A stretch of DNA of 62,642 nt, counting the filler, from Sphacelaria rigidula (lineage: Eukaryota): NCBI GenBank assembly GCA_964200075.2. It is 6 parts of 6 records of this genome, joined end to end, with 100 filler letters (N's around TTAATTAATTAA, not from the genome) between each part and the next. Parts side by side here need not be neighbours in the genome. Positions count along the whole stretch, not along the records: positions 1 to 10,359 come from CAXNAA020006659.1; positions 10,460 to 20,817 come from CAXNAA020006660.1; 4 more parts are not named here. One strand, written 5' to 3'. The notes beneath the pieces are model-generated. The model did no database searches, had not been told where the DNA came from, and saw only the letters and a program-made list of their open reading frames with translations. Below are positions 1 through 10,525 of this stretch, in pieces. The position numbers and the translations under genes are program-made. Position 1 is the first letter of the stretch. Each line of letters opens with the position of its first letter.

Positions 1-695
1 TGTTTCTTGCGGCCAGTATGTCGATTTAAAAAAAATACCGCGGTATCACGGGAATATTCCCGAGAGGAGCCTTGAAAATTATGCCGAAACAACAGAGAAT
101 TCGCCCCGCGGGTCACACGTGCTTCATGCTCTTTCAAACAAAGGATGAGTGCTATAGAGATGGCGTGGCGAACATGGTGGTATCGAGGTACAACGCAGCA
201 TAGCTGTGCAGTTGTCTATCGCGGATACAGCGTTAAAATGTGGGTAGGATACATTAGGTATTTTCAAATTTTAATACGATTTGTATCTGGGATGGTGTGA
301 AGTGAAAGCTTCGAAATGGAGGGTGCAGGTGGCGTCGGGAAAATTCTGTTAGAATGAACCCGTCAGAATGAACCGTTTTTCCGTCACTGTGCGGTCTTGT
401 TGAAAGCTGGACACGAAGGCGAGGATAATCCACAACTTAGACGGTATAAATAACTACTGCCGTGCTGTAGTACAGCATCATGTTACTGTCAAATTGTACT
501 ACTGTACTGTACTGAGGGTTGGTTGTGGTGGCTCCAATTGAGAGGGTAAAAATGTGACCCACGTCATCACGGTTGGGGTGCCCTGTATTTTGTGCATCCG
601 GTGCTCCCGCGAGCCACATGTTTATCTCGACAGTTCCTCCGCTCTGGGGTATGTGTGGAGAAAAAACGGTAAACGACCTGATGTTTCTGTTCGTA

Positions 696-1195
696 CATCG
701 CTCAGATGCAACAGTAAACATAACACTCTGCATGGCTGAGGAACAGGTATATATGGCGGCTGCTTCCATGGCACGGGCTTGCCCTACTCTCAGGCGAAAT
801 GGGGGTTTGCTCTTTCTGCTTTACCCCTAGAGAGAATCGTGGGCGTGGGTGTCGTACCGTGTCTTGTACCGTGTCGGGCTCTACGAATGAACATCCTTCT
901 TGCCCAGATCATGAAAAGTCTGCGGTCTCGCATGTGCAATGTAGTTCATCGCTCAGATGCAACAGTAAACATAACACTCTGCATGGCTGAGGAACAGGTA
1001 TATATGACGGTTGCTTCCATGGCACGCGCTTGCCTTACTCCCAGGCGAAAGGGGGGTTGGCTATTTCTGCTTCATCCCTAGAGAGAATCGTGGGCGTGGG
1101 TGTTGTACCCTTCTGTTGTACCGTGTCAGGCTTCACGAATGAACATCCTTCTTGCGCTGGTCATGAAAAGTCTCCGGTCTCGCATGTGCAGTGTA
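696..1195. repeat. Tandem duplication, 251-bp unit, 2 copies; shorter related fragments at about 1300-1520 and 1720-1800
   Basis: CATCGCTCAGATGCAACAGTAAACATAACACTCTGCATGGCTGAGGAACAGGTATATATG starts at 696 and at 947; similarity continues to CATGTGCA(A/G)TGTAG at the end of each unit. Confidence 0.9.
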
Positions 1196-2323
1196 GCAGT
1201 GCGTTTCTTTGGTGAGTCCTCACATATGAACAGAAGTCCTCACACATGAACAGCTTGCGTACAGCAGTAGAGTAGTAACGAAGTGGTCCTATTTTTCGCA
1301 TGGCACGGGTTTGTTTTTTCTGCTCTACCCCCCGTTGCCCCTCTGCCCAACAGAGAATCCCAGAAGAGAGGCGTGGCTGAGGAACAGGTATCTGTCAACT
1401 CTCTTATTTCCGCGCTTTTGCAGTAGCACCGTGACGCTGATCTGGGCGATCCCGCAAGGGATGTCAGCAAGCTGGTTAAGTTCGCTTTGTATGCAGCAAT
1501 TACCCTTCCTGTGCTGTAGTTTTGACTTGTACATGAATCAGGAGGCAGGGAGGGGCTGGTGGGTTGCAGAAACTTGTGGAAATGTCGTCCGGGGGCGAGG
1601 GTAAGCCACAAGCCATGGTGTGTCTATTATACTGTTCACACCGCAGTCCCACTACCGTACATATGAAACTACTGCACTGACTCTCTGTCCGCTCCCTCGG
1701 GGGAAGGCTTCAACTCTCCTCTGAAAGGATGTCAGCAAGCTGGTAAAGGTCGCTTTGTATTCGGCAATTTGTTCCCCTTCTTGTGCTTCAGTTTTGTTTG
1801 TCATAGAGAGAGTAGAGGTACTGTACACGCTCTCGTCCTTCAGTGCTCTCGCCATACCACTGATCATCTCATCCTGTAGGGAGCTACCGTACCCTGATCA
1901 TCCGATCCCGTGGAAGGAGCTACTACACTGTACATACTGTACTGTAGAGTGTGGTACTACTCTTGTACAGTACATTTGATAAAAAACCTCTGTCGTTCAC
2001 GTGGGGCAATGCTTCCTCTCTCAGTAAAACACTGGATTACTGTGCACGGGTGCATTTCGTCGTTTCGGTGCTGTGCGGACAACGAGGTTTTCAAATTCCA
2101 TGAGTATGCATAAAACTTGACCGTTCGCCACGAATCATTTTTCGGCCTGGTTCTGCAGGACGACAAAGAAGAGTGACAATTTTCTCCTCTTCAGTCCGGG
2201 TCTGGTACAAAATGTTGTTCCGATAAGGATCATTTATGACCTGGCCAGAGTATGGGTTATCCGGACACCCTCCCACTTGTTTGCAGTGTGGGAGCTGGTG
2301 GCATTACGCTATTAATAAATAGG

Positions 2324-2352
2324 ATAATGATAATAATAATAATAATAATAAT
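2324..2352. repeat. (TAA)n microsatellite
   Basis: ATAATGATAATAATAATAATAATAATAAT read directly. Confidence 0.9.
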
Positions 2353-2379
2353 CCTCGCTTTCATGAAATGTTCATGCAG

Positions 2380-2471
2380 AGGAAGGATCCGATCGCGGAG
2401 CGCCGGCGAGCTAGGGCGATGAAACTGCTGGACGAAAAGTTCGCCAAGCTCAACGCCAAGCCCTTACATCG
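2380..2471 (+). CDS. Single internal exon, likely C-terminal region of a TMEM115/rhomboid-like (DUF1751) protein
   Basis: TGCAG acceptor ending 2379, GTGAGA donor at 2472; translates RKDPIAERRRARAMKLLDEKFAKLNAKPLH, resembling the DPxxAERRRxxAxKxLxE motif of TMEM115-family C-termini. Other exons not found. Confidence 0.6.
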
Positions 2472-2841
2472 GTGAGAGTCGTGCGTTCCACACGTCGGAC
2501 AAATCATGATAGTAGAGTTAACCGGTGTTGGGCTACAAATGTCCATGGTTGACACATTACTTGATTTGAGTGTGTACAACGAGAATCTGATTTTTTATTA
2601 GGGCTGACAGTCCCGTGTGCTCCTCGCGTGCGCAGAACGCGTTTTCGTTGAAATCGGCGCCACAGGCGCCAATTTGGGGTCTACCAAGGTCGCACTTTGC
2701 CCAGGGAACTACGAGCTGGACCAGCCTACAAGCGGATTTATAGTTTGCAGGCGAATCCCCAATTTTTCACGTAGAGTTGGACACTGAAAATTGGTATGAA
2801 CAATCAACAGGGTATAAGAAAATAATTATGCCGGGTCCCAA

Positions 2842-2872
<31 letters not shown>

Positions 2873-2873
2873 T
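2842..2873. repeat. (TA)n microsatellite
   Basis: Run of TA dinucleotides read directly. Confidence 0.9.
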
Positions 2874-2880
2874 GGGGATT

Positions 2881-2985
2881 TAACGGCATTTTACTGTGTG
2901 TGTTGTCGTCCCATTAATTCTGGACGCCAGTCTACACCTTTCGGTATATGTGGGCGCATCAGCCGGGGTCACAGAGGAGGAAGGC
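2881..2985 (-). mobile_element. 5'-truncated copy (3' end) of tRNA-derived SINE family A
   Basis: Reverse complement CCTTCCTCCTCTGTGACCCCGGCTGATGCGCCCACATATACCGAAAGGTGT...GGCGTCCAGA...ATGGGACGACAACACACAC matches about 15214-15318. Confidence 0.85.
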
Positions 2986-3595
2986 CTAAAATCTGAAAAC
3001 TGATAATTGCCCTTCACCCTTTTGGGACCGGGCCTCCAGAACGACCAATTAGGCTGGTCAAGAATGACGTGTCTGGCCTCTGCACGAAACAGTAGCTTGT
3101 TGCTGAAAACTCGCGTATGTAACCGCAGGGTTATGACGAAGACCGAAAGTCCCATCCAATCTGTTTTCAAGTGCAGGGTGCGCATTAGGTGGTGTGCATC
3201 TGACGTAGCAAGTGGTATGGATCGTAGTAAAGAGCTTCCAACAGGATGCGGCGACCGGCGAGCCGTCCGCCATTTGTGACTTTGGATGATACTTTTGTCC
3301 CCATCACCTTGCCACACAGCCCTTTGTGGTCGGGGTGGGCCGCCATTTCCCCCCTTATTGTATGCGGCAAATTCTCTTCGAAAGGTATCATCGTTGCAGT
3401 GCGTATGCATACAACAACGGTATAGTACAGTACAACAGTGTGGTACGCCTCTCCAACTGAAGCAGCAGCTGCCGCTGCAAACTCCCTTGCACACTCTGGG
3501 AAATTCTCGGCTACCGAAATCAGCTGCCTATGTACAGCTTTGTCATACCCGTCCACAACATACGTGTGGACTGCACACTGCAAGTCATCGGCAGA

Positions 3596-3696
3596 GGGAT
3601 AAGAGGATTCATTGCGGTAGCTCATTTTGTCTTTCCACCAGAGGGATCAGAGGGATAAGCAGAAATCATTGCGGTAGCTCATTTTGTCTTTCCACC
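3596..3696. repeat. Two-copy direct repeat, 57-bp period
   Basis: TCATTGCGGTAGCTCATTTTGTCTTTCCACC at 3609-3639 and 3666-3696. Confidence 0.85.
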
Positions 3697-4566
3697 GCCC
3701 GTCTGGATTTTGCGCCTCGTGAAAATGACCACATCGTGGCATGTACACTCCTTCCCGGTTTTTTCCGGTCCACTCTATGTTAGTGAAAATCACTACGTTT
3801 CAGTACAGAATTGGGACCCAAAAAACACTCGGGGAAAACTCGGAAACGGTGTACTGAGTGCAAGTAATACCATAAAACCAAGCCAACCCGCCCTGCACTT
3901 GGAAGCCTGGGGAGGCTTATCTGGGCCAGGGATAGGCCCCCCACACGATCTTTGCAGTGGCATCACACTCGACAACAATCCCCGCGCTGGTTGTTGGGGT
4001 CTGGTCGATAAATTTCGCCTCCCCGTGATTGGGAGGTCGCTCGAAGACGCATTTTTTATTATTTCACTAACCCAGGGTCAACCCTGTGTTAGTGGGGGTC
4101 TGGTCTCCAAAGGGTTAATGCATGAAAAAAAACTCTTTGAGATCCGGCACATTTTGTTTTAATGCCATGTTGATTGTCCATACCAAATTTCAGAGTCCAA
4201 CTCCGAGTAGAAAATTGCGGATTCTACTTTTAAAACCCGGGCCGGTGGAAATTCGGAACAGTATCTTGCAGGCCGTTCACCGGCACATGTTTGGTGTTTG
4301 TGTATTGAAACTTTGTGCGGGACCTCGCTAGGTCCTGACGAAAGACGAAAAATGGATCAGGTTGGTTTTGATTTTTTTTTCGCTGGTTTAGGGCGTTTTA
4401 GTATGGTAACGACCATTTTTCCACAAGAACGCCCGAACCTCTTCCAAAAACTAAAAAATATTGAAGGCCCATTTTCTTTGTTATCAGCATACCTCTGTGG
4501 TTCTCCATCAAAGATTTTGAATCACAATTCTAAAAATTGAGCTGAAAAAATGAGATAAGGCCTGAG

Positions 4567-5045
4567 GCCGCCCTTGAAGTAGACAAGAATGAAAATATGG
4601 AAAAGTGCCTTTTCGGAGCTTTTACGTCGTTTTACGCCCCAGAAGAGAGCTGGGCGGAATTTGACACCTTGGAATGACTTGCTCTACTAGTTGAGGCGGT
4701 TCCAGGACATCTTTCCCGTTTTCCGGTGGCCGCAGTTTTCATTTTGGCCATACAAGATTTTTTTGCCAAAGAACGATGAAAAACGGTCAAATCTAGAAAA
4801 GATCGCCACTTTCTCTGGACTTGAGTGTTTTGTTACTGTTCTTGGACGAAAATTCTGGACTGGCCAAAATGAAAACTGCACCCACCGGAAAATGGGAAGA
4901 TGTCCTGGAACCGCCTCAACCAGTAGAGAGCAAGCCATTCCAAAGTGTCAAAATCCGCCTAGCTCTCTTCCGGGGCGTAAAACGACGTAAAAGCTCCAAA
5001 AAGGCACTTTTACAGATTTGTATTCCTGTTTATTATATGGAGCGG
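4567..5045. repeat. Long imperfect inverted repeat (foldback/MITE-like), centre near 4806
   Basis: Left arm AAAAGTGCCTTTTCGGAGCTTTTACGTCGTTTTACGCCCC (4601-) pairs with GGGGCGTAAAACGACGTAAAAGCTCCAAAAAGGCACTTTT (-5011); pairing continues inward (TTGAGGCGGTTCCAGGACATCTT / AAGATGTCCTGGAACCGCCTCAA) and weakly outward. Confidence 0.85.
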
Positions 5046-5184
5046 TCTAGGAGCAATGTTCATTTCTCCTTAAAACTCCCTTGAAAACACGACAAATGAA
5101 AAAAATCGAAAAAAAAAAGTAGAAAGCTGCTTTTCATTTTTTTTATGCACTAGCGGTTCTCCATACGACTCTCAAAAACTGAGA

Positions 5185-5432
5185 TGTATAGCCTCTGCCA
5201 GACGATCTGGACAAGAGGACTATCCACGAGGAACTCCTCCAGTAACACTGGCCTCGTGCTCAACAAGCTCTTTCTTCCCACTTGTTATATCACGGAGTAA
5301 ACAGCTGCGGCCCGTACCGTCAGGCATGGGCTACACAACAAGGGTCATCATCTACAGGATGCCCTTGTCCCCTGGTCATCATCCAGGATCCTACATGCTA
5401 CATTTACTACGCCTTGGAATATTTTGGCTACA
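5185..5432 (-). repeat. 3' LTR (248 bp) of the contig-1 element
   Basis: TGTATAGCC...GGCTACA (TG..CA with short terminal inverted match); aligns along its length with 8760-8998. Confidence 0.85.
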
Positions 5433-5669
5433 GCACCCCCAAAGCGAATTCAAGACAAACGAACGAGCTTGACAACCAACAAAAAACCAAGGGGAATTCG
5501 CATGCTCCAAATCACAAAGAAATGCCATACTCCGACGCTAATTGTCAGCGGCCGAGCCAACCTCAGTTTACGCAATTCCTGCGCAACATATTTAGGCGCA
5601 GAAAAAATTATCTTCCGAAGAGACTTCTACGTACTTTCTTCAGCACCAAACCCATCTCAATCGACCAAA

Positions 5670-6050
5670 GAAATAACATGACCAATGCTTCAGAACCATT
5701 CGACCAATGGGTATACGCAACATCAAATGGGTGTTGCACCTCCAGCGCGTCGCTCTTCAGCGCGATTCTTGTACTTGGTTCTTGAAGTGCGTGGCGATAT
5801 CACTAACCCACACACGTCGCACCCCCAAAGTATTGCACCATTGCAACAAATATTTAGCCGTAACCTCGGCAGTGTAAGCCTCGGTTGGTTCCAACCAAAC
5901 GAAATTCGACAAATCATCCGGGATAACAAACGTACAGCGAACCATCAGGCAGTTAGTACCGTCAAGTTTGCTACTTCCGACGTACAAAAATCAAATTGAA
6001 CAACCTCACCTGGCGCAATACCTTGAACAGTATCGCCAAAAACGTGCCAC
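5670..6050 (-). pseudogene. Integrase core remnant, copy 2 (frameshifted)
   Basis: GDTVQGIAPGEVVQFDF / LYVG...IPDDLSNFVWLEP...LLQWCNTLGVRRVWVSDIATHFKN / ALEVQHPFDVAYTHWSNG across three frames. Confidence 0.8.
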
Positions 6051-6729
6051 GACAAGGATCAGTTTTCATACGTGCATAATTTCTTTGATCCGCAAACACA
6101 CGAAAACTCGTGTGATCTCTGCTCACAGACAATGAGTCTACGCATTTCATGGTTTCAGCTCATTTTCACGTCATCATCAGCAGTCACCGTCTCCTACAGT
6201 CAGTACGAGCCGACGCATTTCGTTCATCATTCAGCAGTATTATGTTAACTGCCTCACCCTGACGGTCATCAATTACTATGCACATCGGTAGCAGTCGAGC
6301 GAAAATTCCACGCATGTATGCATAACCCTCAACAATATTCAATCCGGAGCTCACCACTATATCACTCATCTCAGGTGATCCCCGCTTTGTAGGCTTTCAG
6401 TCCGCTCCTGCGAAGTAGCAGCACTGGAACCACTACCTTCTGCACACCATAGAGCAACAAATACTCTCGTACGGTAGCTCCTAGCAGCTATATGTAGCAC
6501 CCCCATGGTGCATCTCAGCATGGCACCAAACAGCATATCCTTACTGCCGAACCAATGCGATAAATACTCTGCCTCCACAGAAGCTTGCGCATCGACGATC
6601 TCTCCTGTTTCAGTCGCTCTTTTAGGCGAAACGAGAGGTAGAACGGGAACAACCATACAGTCCCGCATAGCAACACCTCTCGAGGGCACCACACCATCCT
6701 TATTAAGAACCTGACCTGACATCATATGA

Positions 6730-7150
6730 GCAATATCACGCATCATTCGTTTATATTTACGATGGGACAACGGCGAATTGACCATCCGAAATCTACGATC
6801 CATCAGCGCCTTGTTAAACGCTCTCACCGCACAATTCTTCACATGCCATCCCGTATCGCCGCCCCATACCTCCGGCGACCCCATCGCTTTTGCTTTGAAC
6901 CATGTCAGAAAATGCTCCACCTTCTTCGCCTCCTCGCTAGACTCCGCCGGCTCCAACCACACGAAGTTGCTCACATCGTCTTTGATCGCCAAATTATCTT
7001 GGATCGGATCTCCGTCGTCCAACCCACCATTTTCCAGCTGAGAGCTCGCTCCATTGCTGAGGAAATTGAATTCCATCACCTCCTCCGGGAGAGTACCATG
7101 CACCTTATCCCCACCATGCACCATATCCTCGTGGGGAGGGGGAATGTGCA
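6730..7150 (-). pseudogene. Integrase core remnant, copy 1
   Basis: VHGTLPEEVMEFNFL...IKDDVSNFVWLEP...FLTWF...PEVWGGDTGWHVKN inside ORF 6366-7262. Confidence 0.75.
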
Positions 7151-7283
7151 CCCCCACCTTGGATTCGCTCACCTGTCGGGAGCAGAATTTTTCCGGCGTT
7201 TCCATCGCCGCTATCTCCAAACTTGACTGCAAACTGCAGTGTAGTAACCCAAACGCCACCAAAACTGCAATGCACGAAGCTAG

Positions 7284-8084
7284 CTACCCGGCCTTCACCG
7301 GATCGTTACAATGGGGCTGGGCCTTCGCAGCCGTCGCCTGTGACTGGGGCTGCACCCCCATAGGCTGTACGGCTCCACTCGCAGGAGCTTCCTCTTCCTT
7401 TTCACCTGTATCCTCCTTTCTGTCACTTTGAAATGACCACACAGGGACGATCACCCGCCTAGCCGAAATATAGTTGTAATTTTCCACGCCAGTTTGCACC
7501 GGCACAGCACGCGGACGTAACTTCTCCAACGCCAGCGGATACAAATCAATTCCCAACTCCTTGATTGCTGCCATCCCAAATAGAACCACGTTGTCCCTAC
7601 CGGGCATGACAGCGAATGTAATGGGCTGTAACTGCACTGCTCCCCACGGCGTACGCACGCTAACAGCAATTGGTACTGTTTTGTGTGTAACCGTCACGGG
7701 AGCACCCGTGGCGGTCTGCGCCGTTTGCGGTCCGTTTTCAAACGGAATTTGAAGCTGAGCGCCGCCAAATGGCGAAGACATTTGCTCAAGCAACCCCACA
7801 CCAATCGACGTGAGAGCGGACCCAGAATCCAGAATAACACGGGCCATAAACGAACCTACAGAACCAGGCAAGGCTAAATCTGCGCGTAAGCATTCACCCT
7901 TGCGATCGACAGGTACCACGCCTGCCGAAGAACCCTGTTCTGTCCCAATAGTTACCTGACGCCAGGGCTGCCCTCCAGCACTTGGCATCGATAGCTGCGA
8001 ATCGTCGATGCAACCAGACCACGTCGCCGAATATGCAGACGGCGCTGTAACAGCCGTCGCAGTTGTAGGGAATGTACCAGACAC
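7284..8084 (-). pseudogene. Retrotransposon aspartic protease remnant
   Basis: ORF contains ARVILDSGSALTSIG (D-S-G triad) and the downstream VLFG motif. Confidence 0.8.
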
Positions 8085-8759
8085 GGATACTGCCTGGCCG
8101 ATTGCGAGTTATTCGCTCCAGCACTCCCCACCGAAGTATTAGCGTTTCCCACGTATACTGTCCGCCCCGTTACGGACGAACCAGAAAATCCAGAGTCACC
8201 ACCTGATGACGTAGTAGAAAAAACAGCAGCGGAGGAACCACCATCCGCCGCCGATTGCTTGCTGCCGCGGCCGCCGCGCCCGTGTCCCTGATTGGCACGG
8301 CCCTGTCCACCGTGACGACCGCCCCGAGATCCTCATAAATCTCGTGCATTGCCCTGTGCAGCGCCTTTAGCGCGAGGCTTGGGGCAACGTCTTGAGTGTG
8401 CCCATGGTCTCCACAATTGTAACATACTCGAGTGAACAACGCTAGCGAAGTCGGCAGCTGTTTCTGTTGCTTGCGCTCGCCATACTTTGACGTTTCTACC
8501 GGTTTATCCCAAACCAGCGGCATCGTTGCCGCTTCAGCCATGTTGCCTATGACTCAAAAACTTGACGGAAATACTCTTGCTTTAGTTGTGCGTCCTTCCA
8601 GCGGAGTTTCCCTCCAAACGCTGTGCGCTGTAAGCTGTCTTCCGTCTAAGAACCAGCTGCTTCCCGCAGCTTCAACCAGGATCCGAAAAACCGTACTGCT
8701 TCGATCCCTTCTCCAGCTTCTCCAGGCCTTCCAACAGAGTGCCGAGAAGAATATCTAGA

Positions 8760-8998
8760 TATTATAGCCTCTGCTAGACGATCTGGACAAGAGGACTATC
8801 CACAAGAGACTCCTCCAGTAGCACTGGCCTCGTGCTCAACAAGTCCTTTCTTCTCACTTGTTACATTTACGGAGTAAACAGCTGCGGCCCGTACCGCTGC
8901 ACAGCAAGGGTCATCATCCACAGGATGCCCTTGTCCCCTGGTCATCATCCAGGATCCTACATGCTACATTTACTACGCCTTGGTATATTTTGGCTACA
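8760..8998 (-). repeat. 5' LTR (239 bp) of the contig-1 element
   Basis: TATTATAGCCTCTGCTAGACGATCTGGACAAGAGG...TTTTGGCTACA, diverged partner of 5185-5432 (substitutions and an indel of about 10 bp). Confidence 0.85.
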
Positions 8999-9251
8999 GA
9001 CGCGATATCCAGAATTAGGGTATCTAGTGCCTCTGCTCGTAATATATTGATTTTGGTATGAAACATGATGTGCGCCGTATCTCGAGATAGATTACGAATT
9101 AGGTGAAGGTGATGGTATCTATCGTCTCCCCGTGCTCCAGGGAAGGTCCACACCAAAATTCGTGATCATCAGCTGAATGTATCGTTCGAGGTTTCATATA
9201 TAGATTTTAGTGTGGATGCTTTCTCCGTACGGTATGGGAATTACTATACAT

Positions 9252-9418
9252 GGGGTCTGATCAACGAGAAAACATTGGCCCAGATTTTTGAGCAGATGAT
9301 GGGCACCTTCCCCTTGATTAGACGATTGATACGATATGCGGATCACGGCCCATCTCGTCTGTGTCGATGAGATATTGCTTTGAGACCTTAATTCCGATTT
9401 TAGGCTGGCCCAGCTCGT
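9252..9418 (-). repeat. Interspersed repeat, reverse-complement partner of 38891-39060
   Basis: Shared ACGAGCTGGGCCAGCCT...CGACACAGACGA..GGGCC.TGA.CCGCATATC...AATCGTCT.A.CAAGGGGAAGGTGCCCATC. Confidence 0.8.
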
Positions 9419-9497
9419 ATGTACCGCCCCTGCCCGAGGGTTCTCGGTATGCCTTGGGTTCGGGTTGGGGTTAGGGTCAGAGGTAGCGATACTCGTA
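9419..9497 (-). repeat. Interspersed module with degenerate (CCCTAA)n tract; partner of 48058-48155
   Basis: Reverse complement TATCGCTACCTCTGACCCTAACCCCAACCCGAACCCAAGGCATACCGAGAACCCTCGGGCAGGGGCGGTACA. Confidence 0.75.
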
Positions 9498-9795
9498 ACA
9501 TGTGTCAACCATGGACATTCGTAGCCCAACGCCGGTTAACTAGCCTCGATCATGATCTGTCTGAAACAACCAATCAAAAAAGACTCTCAAATCTGTTGGT
9601 CCAGAAACACAAAATAGGTGAGCGCGAAGTCAGGAAAGCCAAAATGCAACGTTCGCGCTACTGGGCGTGCTCGGAGTCTGGCCCTCTAACGCTCTAAGGA
9701 GCAAACATATGAAAGGGGGGCCAGCTGATCCAGATCATGATCCGGATCAGCGTACGAGCTTGGCCGCCCAAGAAGCCACCAGGAATGTTGAAACA

Positions 9796-10335
9796 CATAT
9801 TCTTCGCTCAATTTTGGATCATTTTCGATTCAATTCTGACACGATGTACAGGACGTATGTGCGAATACCAAACCTTCCATCCCCTGTTTTTTTCTTTCTT
9901 CTTCGTAAGTTATTGGCAAATTTGTTCCGAAAAAACTGTTCTGAAATGTTCCGTCGCTAATAACTCACTGAGGAAAGATAAATAAAAACAGGGGATGAAA
10001 GGTTTGGTATTCGCACATACGTCCTGTGCATCGTGTCGAAATTTCATCGAAAACAATCCAAAATTAAGCGAAGAATATGCGTCATTCCGTCGACAGGCAG
10101 TTACTCAAGTATATGGAGGTGGACCAGTTACGAATAATTCAAACGCATTTATGCTGTTCAATTTCAAGCTGTTTTCGATTAAATTTTTGACACGATGTGC
10201 AGGACGTATGTGCGAATACCGAACCTTTCCTCCTATGCTTTTTTTTGTTTTTCTGCGTGAGTTACGGTTAATTTTGTTCCGAAAACTGTTCTGAAATGTT
10301 CCGTCGCCAATAATACACGGAGAAAAAAAAAACAA
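9796..10335. repeat. Foldback repeat with arms arranged forward / reverse / forward
   Basis: Arm 9796-9890 (GACACGATGTACAGGACGTATGTGCGAATACCAAACCTT) pairs with 9984-10079; a third forward arm plus the loop (AACTGTTCTGAAATGTTCCGTCGC) recurs at about 10170-10312. Confidence 0.85.
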
Positions 10336-10359
10336 GGGTAGGTCGAGTAGAGTATACTC

Positions 10360-10459
10360 NNNNNNNNNNNNNNNNNNNNNNNNNNNNNNNNNNNNNNNNN
10401 NNNTTAATTAATTAANNNNNNNNNNNNNNNNNNNNNNNNNNNNNNNNNNNNNNNNNNNN
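10360..10459. other. Artificial contig linker 1
   Basis: 44 N + TTAATTAATTAA (stops in all six frames) + 44 N. Confidence 0.99.
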
Positions 10460-10525
10460 CCGCCTATCTCCTTCCACACTTTCTTGACTTCTTTATCCCA
10501 CCTTACTCCAGCCTGCCCTATCGTG
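10460..10525 (-). mobile_element. Possible fragment of a LINE C-terminal coding region
   Basis: Translates GQAGVRWDKEVKKVWKEIG, like the GRxxxRWxDxV motif closing RTE-type ORFs; very short and cut by the contig edge. Confidence 0.35.

Larger units (their letters stand above)
5185..8998 (-). mobile_element. Degenerate, internally deleted Ty3/Gypsy-type LTR retrotransposon (gag knuckle, protease, two integrase cores, no RT/RNase H)
   Basis: Direct repeats 5185-5432 and 8760-8998 both end GGCTACA. Minus-strand interior: CYNCGDHGH knuckle (about 8390-8424), aspartic protease ILDSGSALT (DSG at 7821-7829), integrase remnants at about 6730-7150 and 5670-6050. No clear target-site duplication. Confidence 0.85.

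Noticed and set aside
5670..8084. Ty1/Copia assignment from protease-integrase order
   Set aside because: No RT follows the integrase, and the integrase motifs (EVVxFDFL, AYxxWSNG) look Gypsy-type; the order is better explained by deletion.
10404..10415. TTAATTAATTAA as a biological motif (for example a piggyBac TTAA site)
   Set aside because: Identical in all five gaps and centred in N runs; a synthetic six-frame stop linker.
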